24,270 nucleotides of DNA, taken from positions 1 through 24,270 of the forward strand of contig JBEEGB010000447.1 of the NCBI GenBank assembly GCA_041166585.1, in the 5' to 3' direction. A program made the position numbers and the translations under genes. The notes below the pieces were generated by a model. It saw only the letters and a program-made list of their open reading frames with translations, was not told the DNA's origin and made no database searches. The DNA comes from Acidimicrobiaceae bacterium (GTDB taxonomy: Bacteria; Actinomycetota; Acidimicrobiia; Acidimicrobiales; JACDCH01). Every line of letters starts with the position of its first letter. Within the stretch, counting starts at the first letter, position 1. Below, piece by piece: positions 15,195 through 22,966 of this stretch.

Positions 15195-15572
15195 ATGCCT
15201 ACCAAGACCCTTGATCCCGAGTCCGGAACGTGCCGAGTCGAGTTCCGTCTCCCGGCCGACGTCGGCGCCGGTCAGGCGTGGTTGTGCGGTGAGTTCAACG
15301 ACTGGTCCCGCAACGACACGCCGATGGTCGCCCAAGCAGACGGCTCGCTGTCGGTCGTGGTCGAGCTCGAGCCGGGCCACAGCTACCGGTTCCGCTACTA
15401 CCTCGGCGGCGAGCGATGGGAGAACGACTGGGCCGCTGACGCCTACGTCGACAACGAGTTCGGTGGCTCCGACTCGCTCGTCACCGTCCCCTCGGCTGAG
15501 CCCGCGCCGGCGGCGCGTGCACCGCGCAAGCGGGCCGCCGCGAAGAAGGCTGCTGCGCCCAAGAAGGGTTAG
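15195..15572 (+). CDS. Isoamylase early-set / CBM48-like glycogen-binding protein with a Lys/Ala-rich tail
   Basis: VEFRLP...LCGEFNDW...LEPGHSYRFRYYLGGERWENDWAADAYVDNEFGGSDS is typical of the family. SD GGAAGGA spacing favours ATG 15195 (alternative 15189). Confidence 0.82.
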   Translation: MPTKTLDPESGTCRVEFRLPADVGAGQAWLCGEFNDWSRNDTPMVAQADGSLSVVVELEPGHSYRFRYYLGGERWENDWAADAYVDNEFGGSDSLVTVPSAEPAPAARAPRKRAAAKKAAAPKKG

Positions 15573-15580
15573 CGTTGGGC

Positions 15581-16756
15581 ATGGACGAGCAGGCCGTCTT
15601 CGACGCCGACAACCACTACTACGAGGCGCTCGACGCCTTCACCCGCCACCTCGATCCCAAGCTGGGCTCTCGGTGCGTGCAGTGGTGCGAGATCAACGGC
15701 CGCAGCTACCAGGTGCTCGGCGGGCGCGTGAACCACGCCGTCACCAACCCCACGTTCAACCCCATCGCGAAGCCCGGGGCCCTGCACGACTACTTCAAGG
15801 GCATCGTCGGCGACAAGAGCCCGCTCGAGATGCTCGCCGACCACGAGCCGATTCGCCCCGAGTACCGCGACCCCACGGCGCGGCTCACCACGCTCGACGA
15901 GCTCGGCCTCGAGGGCTGCTGGCTGTTCCCCACCCTCGGGATGATCTACGAGGAGCCGCTCAAGGACGACCCCGAAGCGGTGTGCTTGACGTTCCGCGCG
16001 TTCAACCGCTGGCTGCAAGAGGACTGGGGCTTGGTCACCGACGACCGCATCTACGCCGCGCCCTACATCACGCTCGCCGACCCGCGGTGGGCGGTCGAAG
16101 AGCTCGAGTGGGCACTGGACGCCGGCGCACGGATGATCGTGATGCGCACCGCGGCGCCGACGACGGCTGTTGGTCAGCGGTCGCCGTTCGATCCGATGTT
16201 CGACCCGTTCTGGGCCAGGGTGAACGAGGCCGGCATCACGGTGGTGGTCCACGCCGGTGACAGCGGGCAGTCGTCGCAGGGGTACGCGGTCGACGGGTTC
16301 GCTGCGACGTTCAGCGGTGGGTGGAAGCCGACGTTGAAGAACTTCGCCATCGAGCGGGCCGTGCACGACTGGCTGCTCTCGCTCGTGCTCGAGAACCACC
16401 TCAAGAAGTACCCGAACCTGCGCATCGCATCGGTCGAGAACGGCGCGGAATTCCTGCCCGAGCTGTTCCGCCGGTTGCGCTCGGTCGACAAGAAGGCGCA
16501 GGGCTACTTCGGCGAAGACCCGGTCGAGGTGTTCCGCCGTCACGTGTGGATCAACCCGTTCTGGGAGGACGACGTGCACGCGGTGGTCGAGCACGTGGGC
16601 GCGGAGCGGGTGCTGTTCGGATCGGACTGGCCGCACATCGAGTGCATCCCCACGCCGCTCGACTACGTCAACGAGGTGAAGGACCTCACGACCGCCGAGC
16701 AGCGCCTGATCCTGCACGACAACGTCCTCGAGCTCACCAAGCTCCGCCCCGCGTAG
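15581..16756 (+). CDS. Amidohydrolase family 2 protein (TIM-barrel metallohydrolase/decarboxylase-like)
   Basis: FDADNHYYE, LFPTLG, AFNRWL, VVHAGDSG, ASVENG, and RVLFGSDWPHIE. TAGCGT lies 5 nt before ATG 15581. Confidence 0.9.
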   Translation: MDEQAVFDADNHYYEALDAFTRHLDPKLGSRCVQWCEINGRSYQVLGGRVNHAVTNPTFNPIAKPGALHDYFKGIVGDKSPLEMLADHEPIRPEYRDPTARLTTLDELGLEGCWLFPTLGMIYEEPLKDDPEAVCLTFRAFNRWLQEDWGLVTDDRIYAAPYITLADPRWAVEELEWALDAGARMIVMRTAAPTTAVGQRSPFDPMFDPFWARVNEAGITVVVHAGDSGQSSQGYAVDGFAATFSGGWKPTLKNFAIERAVHDWLLSLVLENHLKKYPNLRIASVENGAEFLPELFRRLRSVDKKAQGYFGEDPVEVFRRHVWINPFWEDDVHAVVEHVGAERVLFGSDWPHIECIPTPLDYVNEVKDLTTAEQRLILHDNVLELTKLRPA

Positions 16757-16784
16757 GACGCACCCCAACTGGCGTTCGGTCGTG

Positions 16785-17768
16785 TCAGACCATGGCCCGA
16801 TCAGGGGGTTTCCCGTGGTCCAAGCGCGCCATCAGCTCGTGCACGAACGTGAGCTTGGCGATCACCGCCGGCGGTAGCAGGAAGGGATAGAGGTCGTCGC
16901 GGCCCATGCTGCGGTTCACCTCGTTGAGCGCATAGCTGAGCGGGAGCCACTCGGCCACGATGGCCTCGAAGCTTGCGGTCTCGAGGCTGCCGGCTGCGAT
17001 GTCGAGGGGGGCGCGGATCCCGAACGCCTCGGCCGTCTCCAAGGTGTCGAGGATGTGCAGGTGGTGGGCGAAGGTCTCGGCCCAGTCCTCCCACGGGTGC
17101 ATGGTGGCGTACGCGCTGACGTACCTCGTGGCCCAGTCGTCCGGCGGTCCCGACTCGTAGTGCGCATCGAGAGCGGCGGCGTAGTCGGCCCGCTCGTCCC
17201 CGAACAGCTCCCGGTAGCGCTCGAGCTCGGGCGCGCTGTCCACCACCACGGGCCAGTAGTAGTGACCGATCTCGTGGCGCAAGTGCCCGACCACGGTCCG
17301 GTACGGCTCGCCCAGCTGGTGGCGCAACGCCTCGCGGTGCGCGTCGTCCGACTCCGCGAGGTCGATGGTGATGATGCCGTCGTGGTGGCCCGTCGTCACC
17401 GGACCGAAGCGGCTCGAGAGCAAGTCGAACCGGAGGTCAGGTCCGATCGGGAGGCCCAGCTCGTCGAGCTGGAACACGAGCCTGCGCTTCGCGGCCTCGA
17501 CCGCCGCGAGCTCGGCGGTGGCCTCCGCGTCGCCGGCGTTGGGGACGGTGCGGGTGAGCTGGCACGACCGGCACCACACGCCGCCGTTGCCGCCTCCGAC
17601 GAGCCAGGTGCAGCCGATGGTGACGGCGCCCGCGCACAGGCGCCCGCTGTTGCTCAGCACGATCTCGCGCCGGTCCGGGCTGTAGGCAAGCGACGCGCCG
17701 CAGCGCAGGCACGCGCTGTTCTCGAAGAACACGACCTGCCCGCACCGCGGACACGTGAACGCGCGCAT
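16785..17768 (-). CDS. Zinc-ribbon plus putative zinc-binding metallopeptidase (DUF2248-like)
   Basis: N-terminal CxxC...CxxC (CPRC, CLRC) plus further Cys. HExxH in LRHEIGHYYW; SAYATMHPWEDWAETFAH; LNEVNRSMG..DLYPF. Confidence 0.85.
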   Translation of the reverse strand: MRAFTCPRCGQVVFFENSACLRCGASLAYSPDRREIVLSNSGRLCAGAVTIGCTWLVGGGNGGVWCRSCQLTRTVPNAGDAEATAELAAVEAAKRRLVFQLDELGLPIGPDLRFDLLSSRFGPVTTGHHDGIITIDLAESDDAHREALRHQLGEPYRTVVGHLRHEIGHYYWPVVVDSAPELERYRELFGDERADYAAALDAHYESGPPDDWATRYVSAYATMHPWEDWAETFAHHLHILDTLETAEAFGIRAPLDIAAGSLETASFEAIVAEWLPLSYALNEVNRSMGRDDLYPFLLPPAVIAKLTFVHELMARLDHGKPPDRAMV

Positions 17769-17770
17769 CG

Positions 17771-18625
17771 TCAGAGCCGCTCGAGCACGTTGACGAACTC
17801 CAGCGTGGCGTCACACGGCTCGGTCGTGCCCGTGATCGGCGCGGCACCGGCTGGGTCGGGAGTGCAGGCGAGCGGGATGTGTCCCTCTCCCGCGAAGAGG
17901 CCGGAGGTGGGGTCGAGCCCGATCCATCCCGCACCCGGGATGAACACCTCCGCCCACGCGTGCAGATCGGAGAAGTCTCCGTCGTCGGCGAGCTGCACCA
18001 GGTAGCCCGACACGAAGCGCGCCGCGAGACCCAGCTGGCGCATCGCCTGCACGAGGAGCAGCGCGGTGTCGCGACATGATCCGATCGCCTTCTCCAACGT
18101 CTCGTCCGGTGTGTGGACGCCGGCCTCGAGCCGAGCCGTGTAGCTGACCGACTCGAACACGCGTCGAGTCAGCATGCTGAGGACCTCGACGGTCGACTGC
18201 CCTCCGCGCTCCTTCGGGGTCAGCGGCAGCGCCGCCAGCCACTCGCGCAGCAGCGGGCCCGCCGGGTCGCAGTGCAGGTACGGCGACAGGTCGCGCTCCA
18301 GCCCTGCGTCGTAGGTGAACGGGAAGCACAGCGCCCAGTCCTCCACGAAGAAGTCGAAAGGGTTGAGCGGTACGAGGTCCGCGACGAGGCTGACGTCGAT
18401 CAGCAGCTGGTCGGTGCGATCGGGGAAGACCAGCCGCGCGAGGTGGTTCCCGAACGGATCTTGTTGCCAGGCGAGGTGGTGGTGCTCCGGCTCGACCACG
18501 AGGGAGTAGTCGTAGACCGGCGTCCGGCACTGGGGCGCGGGACGCAGGCGCACCACGTGCGCGGACAGGTGCACCGGCCGGTCGAACCGGTAGGTGGTGC
18601 GGTGCTCGAGTGCGACGCGGGTCAT
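17771..18625 (-). CDS. Transglutaminase-like protein (N-terminal domain plus catalytic core)
   Basis: LEHRTTYRF..PV.L..HVVRLRP, WQQDPFGN, and the Cys-His-Asp triad in GSCRD / LHAWAEV / GWIGLDPT. ATGA overlap with the alpha-E gene. Confidence 0.92.
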   Translation of the reverse strand: MTRVALEHRTTYRFDRPVHLSAHVVRLRPAPQCRTPVYDYSLVVEPEHHHLAWQQDPFGNHLARLVFPDRTDQLLIDVSLVADLVPLNPFDFFVEDWALCFPFTYDAGLERDLSPYLHCDPAGPLLREWLAALPLTPKERGGQSTVEVLSMLTRRVFESVSYTARLEAGVHTPDETLEKAIGSCRDTALLLVQAMRQLGLAARFVSGYLVQLADDGDFSDLHAWAEVFIPGAGWIGLDPTSGLFAGEGHIPLACTPDPAGAAPITGTTEPCDATLEFVNVLERL

Positions 18626-19581
18626 CCTGCGAGCAACACCGGGTCAGTCGAGGGCTCGCGTTGGAAGTACGTGGCCGCGAGCAGGCCGTGCAACCCGGCC
18701 AGCCCGCTCTGCAAGAGGTCGACGTAGTCGTGCAAGCCTTCGGCGGTCATCGAGTCGATGGGTGTCTGCTCGAGCAGCTCCTGCACCTCGGCGCACCCGG
18801 CCATGGGATCGTCGTAGCGAGAGAGCTCGAGCAACGCCTGGGACACCTCGATCAGGCAGCGCTCCACCGAGCGTGGGAACTGCGGGTCGCGGAGGAGGAA
18901 CCGCAGCGCGGACGGCCCCGAGACCATCACGCCCGCGGTGCGCCGGAACATCTGGTGCGCGCTGAGCGAGCGCAGCACGCTCGTCCAGGTCACGTCGGCG
19001 TACGGGGCGGCGCCGTCGCGCTGGCCGACGAGGATGCCCGACTCCACGTCGAGCACGCGCGTCGTCATGTCGGCGCGCTCGAGGTAGCGCCCGATCAACA
19101 GGAACGCATACGTGTCGTCATGGCTCATGTTGCCTTCGAGCAAGCCGGACAGCAGCTGGCACTGGCGGATGAGCTGGCGCGTCCATGCCAGGCGGGTCCG
19201 CCGATCGACGGCGTCGGCCCGAGTGTCGGCGGCCCAGTGGTGCAGCTGGTTCAGCACCTCCCACGACTCACGGGGCAGGATCGCCCTCGTCACCCTGAGG
19301 TTGGCGTGGGCTCCTGCCACCGAGGTGGCGATCGAGCCGGGGTTGTCGGCGTCACCCGCGAGGAAGCGGATCACGCGTTCCTCGCTGGCGTCGGGATGGC
19401 GGTCGCGGAAGGACTCGCCGCTGCCGGTGACGGCGAGCAGGGGCGTCCAGCCGATGCCGGCCGACTTCGGCAGGTCCAGGAACAGCTCCGTGTGCACCTG
19501 GATCAGCCGCGCCGTCGCCTCCGCCCGCTCGAGGTAGCGGCCCGCCCAGTACACCGACTCGGCTACGCGTGACAGCAACAT
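18622..19581 (-). CDS. Alpha-E domain protein
   Basis: MLLSRVAESVYWAGRYLERAE..ARL and a second GRYLERAD..TR repeat; FPRSV. SD GAGGAGG precedes ATG 19581 (alternative ATG 19599). Confidence 0.92.
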   Translation of the reverse strand: MLLSRVAESVYWAGRYLERAEATARLIQVHTELFLDLPKSAGIGWTPLLAVTGSGESFRDRHPDASEERVIRFLAGDADNPGSIATSVAGAHANLRVTRAILPRESWEVLNQLHHWAADTRADAVDRRTRLAWTRQLIRQCQLLSGLLEGNMSHDDTYAFLLIGRYLERADMTTRVLDVESGILVGQRDGAAPYADVTWTSVLRSLSAHQMFRRTAGVMVSGPSALRFLLRDPQFPRSVERCLIEVSQALLELSRYDDPMAGCAEVQELLEQTPIDSMTAEGLHDYVDLLQSGLAGLHGLLAATYFQREPSTDPVLLAG

Positions 19582-19595
19582 GCTTCCCTCCTCGC

Positions 19596-21068
19596 TCATG
19601 ACTGGGACTGCGATTGCGATTGGCGACGAGACGACACGACGGTCGGGTCGATGACCCACGTGTCCTTGCTGCCGCCCCCTTGCGAGCTGTTGACCACGAG
19701 TGAGCCTTCCTGCAGGGCCACGCGCGTGAGCCCGCCTTGGGTGACGTACGGACGGTCGCCCGAGAGGATGAACGGGCGCAGGTCGAGGTGGCGGGGTGAG
19801 ATGCGCCCGTCGCACAACGTCGGCGCGGTCGAGAGCATGACGATCGGCTGCGCGATGTAGTTGCGAGGATCGGCCTCGACGCGGCAGCGCACCTCGGCCT
19901 TCTCGGCCTTCGACGCCATCGATCCGACGAACACGCCGTAGCCGCCTGATTCGTTGGCGGGCTTCACGACGAGCTCGTCGAGGTTGGCGAGCACGTGGCT
20001 GCGCTGCCGGTCGTCGTGGCAGAGGAACGTCGGGACGTTCGGGAGCAACGGGTCTTCGCCGAGGTAGTAGCGGATGAGCTCGGGCACGAACGCGTACACG
20101 ACCTTGTCGTCCGCCACCCCCGCGCCCGGGGCGTTGGCCAGCGCGACGTTGCCCGCCCGCCACGCGCGCATGAGGCCGGGGACACCGAGCGCGGAGTCGG
20201 CACGGAACACCTCGGGGTCGAGGAACAGGTCGTCGACTCGCCGGTAGATCACGTCCACCTGCACGAGCCCGCCGACGGTGCGGAGGTAGACGCACTCGTC
20301 GTCCTCCACCACGAGGTCGCTGCCCTCGACCAGCTCCGCGCCCATCTGCTGCGCGAGGTAGGCGTGCTCGAAGTAGGCCGAGTTGAAGACGCCGGGGGTG
20401 AGGACCGCGACCACGGGTGTGACCCCCGGGCGGGGAGAGAGCGCGGCGAGCAGCGCGGCCAACCGGTTCGGATAGGCGTCGACGGGGTGGATGTCGAGAT
20501 CACGGAACAGGTCGGCGAACACCCGCTTCGTCACCTGCCGGTTCTCGAGCATGTACGACACGCCCGAGGGCACCCGCAGGTTGTCCTCGAGCACGTACAC
20601 GGTGCCGTCGGCATCGCGCACGAGATCGCTGCCGCACACGTGGGCCCAGACGCCGTTCGCGGGGCGGACGCCGACGCACTGCTCGCGGTAGTTCACCGAC
20701 TTCGCCAGCACCTCAGCCGGGAACACACCGTCCTTCACGACCTTGGCCGCGCCGTAGAGGTCGTCGATGAACAGGTTCAGCGCAGTGAGCCGCTGGGTGA
20801 GGCCGTCGCTGATCTTCTGCCACTCCTGCGTCGAGATCACCCGCGGGATCACGTCGAAGGGCCAGGCTCGATCGATGTTGCCGGCCTCGGTGTAGACGGT
20901 GAACGTGATGCCCATCGCCTTGATGGCGACCTCAGCCGCTTGCTGGCGCTCCAGGATCTTGTCGCCGAGCGACGTCAGGTAGTCGACCACGCCCCCACAT
21001 GCGTCCCGCGCCAGGCCGCCGACGAGCATCTCGTCCCAGCACCCTGGACTCGTGTAGCCATCCCACAC
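19596..21068 (-). CDS. Circularly permuted type 2 ATP-grasp protein (peptide ligase-like)
   Basis: WDEM, GITFTVY, WPFDVIPRVI, VLEDNLRVPSGVSYMLENR, LTPGVFNSAYFEH, DVIYRRVDD, NAPGAGVADDK, VVKPANESGGYG, and LTRVAL..GSLVVNSSQGGGSKDTWV. Confidence 0.94.
   Translation of the reverse strand: MWDGYTSPGCWDEMLVGGLARDACGGVVDYLTSLGDKILERQQAAEVAIKAMGITFTVYTEAGNIDRAWPFDVIPRVISTQEWQKISDGLTQRLTALNLFIDDLYGAAKVVKDGVFPAEVLAKSVNYREQCVGVRPANGVWAHVCGSDLVRDADGTVYVLEDNLRVPSGVSYMLENRQVTKRVFADLFRDLDIHPVDAYPNRLAALLAALSPRPGVTPVVAVLTPGVFNSAYFEHAYLAQQMGAELVEGSDLVVEDDECVYLRTVGGLVQVDVIYRRVDDLFLDPEVFRADSALGVPGLMRAWRAGNVALANAPGAGVADDKVVYAFVPELIRYYLGEDPLLPNVPTFLCHDDRQRSHVLANLDELVVKPANESGGYGVFVGSMASKAEKAEVRCRVEADPRNYIAQPIVMLSTAPTLCDGRISPRHLDLRPFILSGDRPYVTQGGLTRVALQEGSLVVNSSQGGGSKDTWVIDPTVVSSRRQSQSQSQS
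19599..19622 (-). repeat. (Gln-Ser)4 C-terminal tail of the ATP-grasp protein
   Basis: CAA TCG CAA TCG CAG TCC CAG TCA TGA. Confidence 0.85.
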
Positions 21069-21112
21069 CTCTTCTGGCTACGACCGTCGTGAATCCAGCC
21101 CGTGTCGGCTTC

Positions 21113-21128
21113 GTTTCAGGTTGGTGAA
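21113..21128 (-). promoter_or_regulatory. GlnR-like box TTCAC-N6-GAAAC upstream of the ATP-grasp operon
   Basis: Minus strand TTCAC caacct GAAAC, ending 44 nt before GTG 21068. Matches the actinobacterial gTnAC-N6-GAAAC pattern except at the first base. Confidence 0.45.
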
Positions 21129-21160
21129 CTCGGTGACGCCGCCACCGCGCGTAGGCGACC

Positions 21161-21166
21161 TACCAT
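21161..21166 (+). promoter_or_regulatory. -10 hexamer TACCAT; probable leaderless start of the GH43-SLH gene
   Basis: TANNNT 6 nt before ATG 21173, with no SD. Confidence 0.6.
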
Positions 21167-21172
21167 CGGACG

Positions 21173-22966
21173 ATGCAGGCGGGCAGGAGATCTCGAGGTC
21201 GCACTCCCGCGCTGCTGGTGGTGCTGGCCGCGCTCGTTGGGTTGCTGACGTTCGTGGCGACGGAACCGGTGGCGGCCTATCCGGGCGCACGTTGGTTCAA
21301 GCCGAGCACGTCCTACTCGGACAACTTCCCCGACCCGTCGGTCGTGCGTGACGGCAGCACGTTCTACGCGTTCGGCACGAGCACCGGCGGCTCGTACCTG
21401 CCGGTCATGACGTCGACCGACCTGGCGACGTGGACGGCGCGGCCCTCCTATCCGCAGCCGGCGTGCGTCGGCGGCGCCGTCGACCCGTTCTTCAACGACG
21501 CCTTCCCCTGTCCCGCGTCATGGGGCCAGGACCGTCCCGTCGGAGGCCGCCTCACGAAAGAGGTCTGGGCGCCGGGCGCGGCCAAGGTCGGCAACACGTG
21601 GCTGGTCTTCTACTCGATGCGCATCTCGACGAGCCCGGACCGGTTCTGCCTCGGCTTGGCCACCTCGGGCGGCCCGCTCGGCCCCTACACCGACTCGTCC
21701 GCGGCTCCGTTCCACTGCGACTCCGACCCGGTCGGCTCGATCGACCCGCAGCCGTTCGTCGACGACAACGGGACGCCCTACCTGATCTGGAAGAGCGAGG
21801 GCTTCCCCTGCCCGGTCTGCGAGCCGACCAAGCTGTGGAGCCAGCAGCTGTCGCCCGACGGCATGAGCTTCGCTCCTGGCTCGACCCAGACCGAGCTCCT
21901 CTCGACGAACCATCCCGACGCGACCACCTGGGAGGGCACGGTCATCGAGACGCCGGCCATGGTCCGCTACCAGGGCCATGTGCTGCTCTTCTACTCGGGC
22001 AACATCTGGCACTCGACCGCGTACGGCATCGGTTGGGCCGACTGCGCGTCGCCGACCGGACCGTGCACCAAGATGACGTCGACGTCGCCACTGCGGACCT
22101 CGAACGCGTCCGAGAACGGCCCCGGCGCGGCGACACCGTTCATCGACGGCAACGGCCAGCTGCAGCTCGCGTACCAGTGGTGGAACCCGCCGTACTCCGA
22201 CTACCCGTCGGACCCTGGCTGCGACGGAACCGACCCGGACACCGGCCAGCCGTGGTGCATCAGCCAGGGCCAGCGCCGCATGAAGATCCAACCCGTGTAC
22301 CTCGAGGGCAGCGCGCTTCGCATCGGTGGCGCGCCGCCCGTGCGGGCCGTGGCGCGCGCCATCAACGACTCGTGTCCCGACGGTCGGGTGCCGCCCGCGG
22401 GCTTCTCCGACGTGCCGGCATCGAACGTCCACCACGCGTCGATCGACTGCATGGTGTGGTGGCAGGTCGCCAACGGCACGGGGCCCGGCACCTACAACCC
22501 CTCCGGTCAGGTGAACCGGGCGCAGATGGCATCGTTCATCGCCCGCATGATCGATGCGACCTCCAAGGCGCTGCCCGCGGCGACGAGCGATCACTTCGCC
22601 GACGACAACGGGAGCCCGCACGAAGCGAACATCAACCGGCTGGCCGAAGCGGGCATCGTCAGTGGGCGGACAGACGGCAGCTACGGCCCCAACGACACGG
22701 TGAGCCGCGGACAGATGGCGACGTTCCTCGTGCGAGCGTTCCAGTTCGTCGGTCCGGCGCTGTCGAGCACGCGGGACTGGTTCCCTGACGACAACGGCAG
22801 CACTCACGAGGCCAACACCAACAAGGCCGCTGAGGCGGGCTTCGCCGCCGGCCGCGCCGATGGCTCCTACGCCCCGAACAACGTCGTGACCCGCGACCAG
22901 ATGGCGTCGTTCCTCGCCCGTGTCCTCGACCTGCTCGTCGAGGACCACCTCGCCACTACGCCCTGA
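21173..22966 (+). CDS. Secreted glycoside hydrolase family 43 protein with three C-terminal SLH-like repeats
   Basis: Basic-hydrophobic signal peptide ending VAA. GH43 motifs FPDPSV (base), WAPG, IDPQPF and IETP (acid). Three repeats of F.D.....H...I......G...G..(D)GsY.P...V.R.QMA.F..R. Confidence 0.88.
   Translation: MQAGRRSRGRTPALLVVLAALVGLLTFVATEPVAAYPGARWFKPSTSYSDNFPDPSVVRDGSTFYAFGTSTGGSYLPVMTSTDLATWTARPSYPQPACVGGAVDPFFNDAFPCPASWGQDRPVGGRLTKEVWAPGAAKVGNTWLVFYSMRISTSPDRFCLGLATSGGPLGPYTDSSAAPFHCDSDPVGSIDPQPFVDDNGTPYLIWKSEGFPCPVCEPTKLWSQQLSPDGMSFAPGSTQTELLSTNHPDATTWEGTVIETPAMVRYQGHVLLFYSGNIWHSTAYGIGWADCASPTGPCTKMTSTSPLRTSNASENGPGAATPFIDGNGQLQLAYQWWNPPYSDYPSDPGCDGTDPDTGQPWCISQGQRRMKIQPVYLEGSALRIGGAPPVRAVARAINDSCPDGRVPPAGFSDVPASNVHHASIDCMVWWQVANGTGPGTYNPSGQVNRAQMASFIARMIDATSKALPAATSDHFADDNGSPHEANINRLAEAGIVSGRTDGSYGPNDTVSRGQMATFLVRAFQFVGPALSSTRDWFPDDNGSTHEANTNKAAEAGFAAGRADGSYAPNNVVTRDQMASFLARVLDLLVEDHLATTP

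Noticed and set aside
15144-15572. CBM48-like gene as the immunity gene for the hydrolase
   Set aside because: It is a recognisable cytoplasmic carbohydrate-binding family with no membrane or lipoprotein signal. No immunity candidate is evident, so a toxin role for the hydrolase is not claimed.
19600-20295. N-terminal extension of the alpha-E ORF in the track (apparent 557-aa protein)
   Set aside because: It is an off-frame overlap with the ATP-grasp gene. The family begins at MLSRVA and has a strong SD at 19581.
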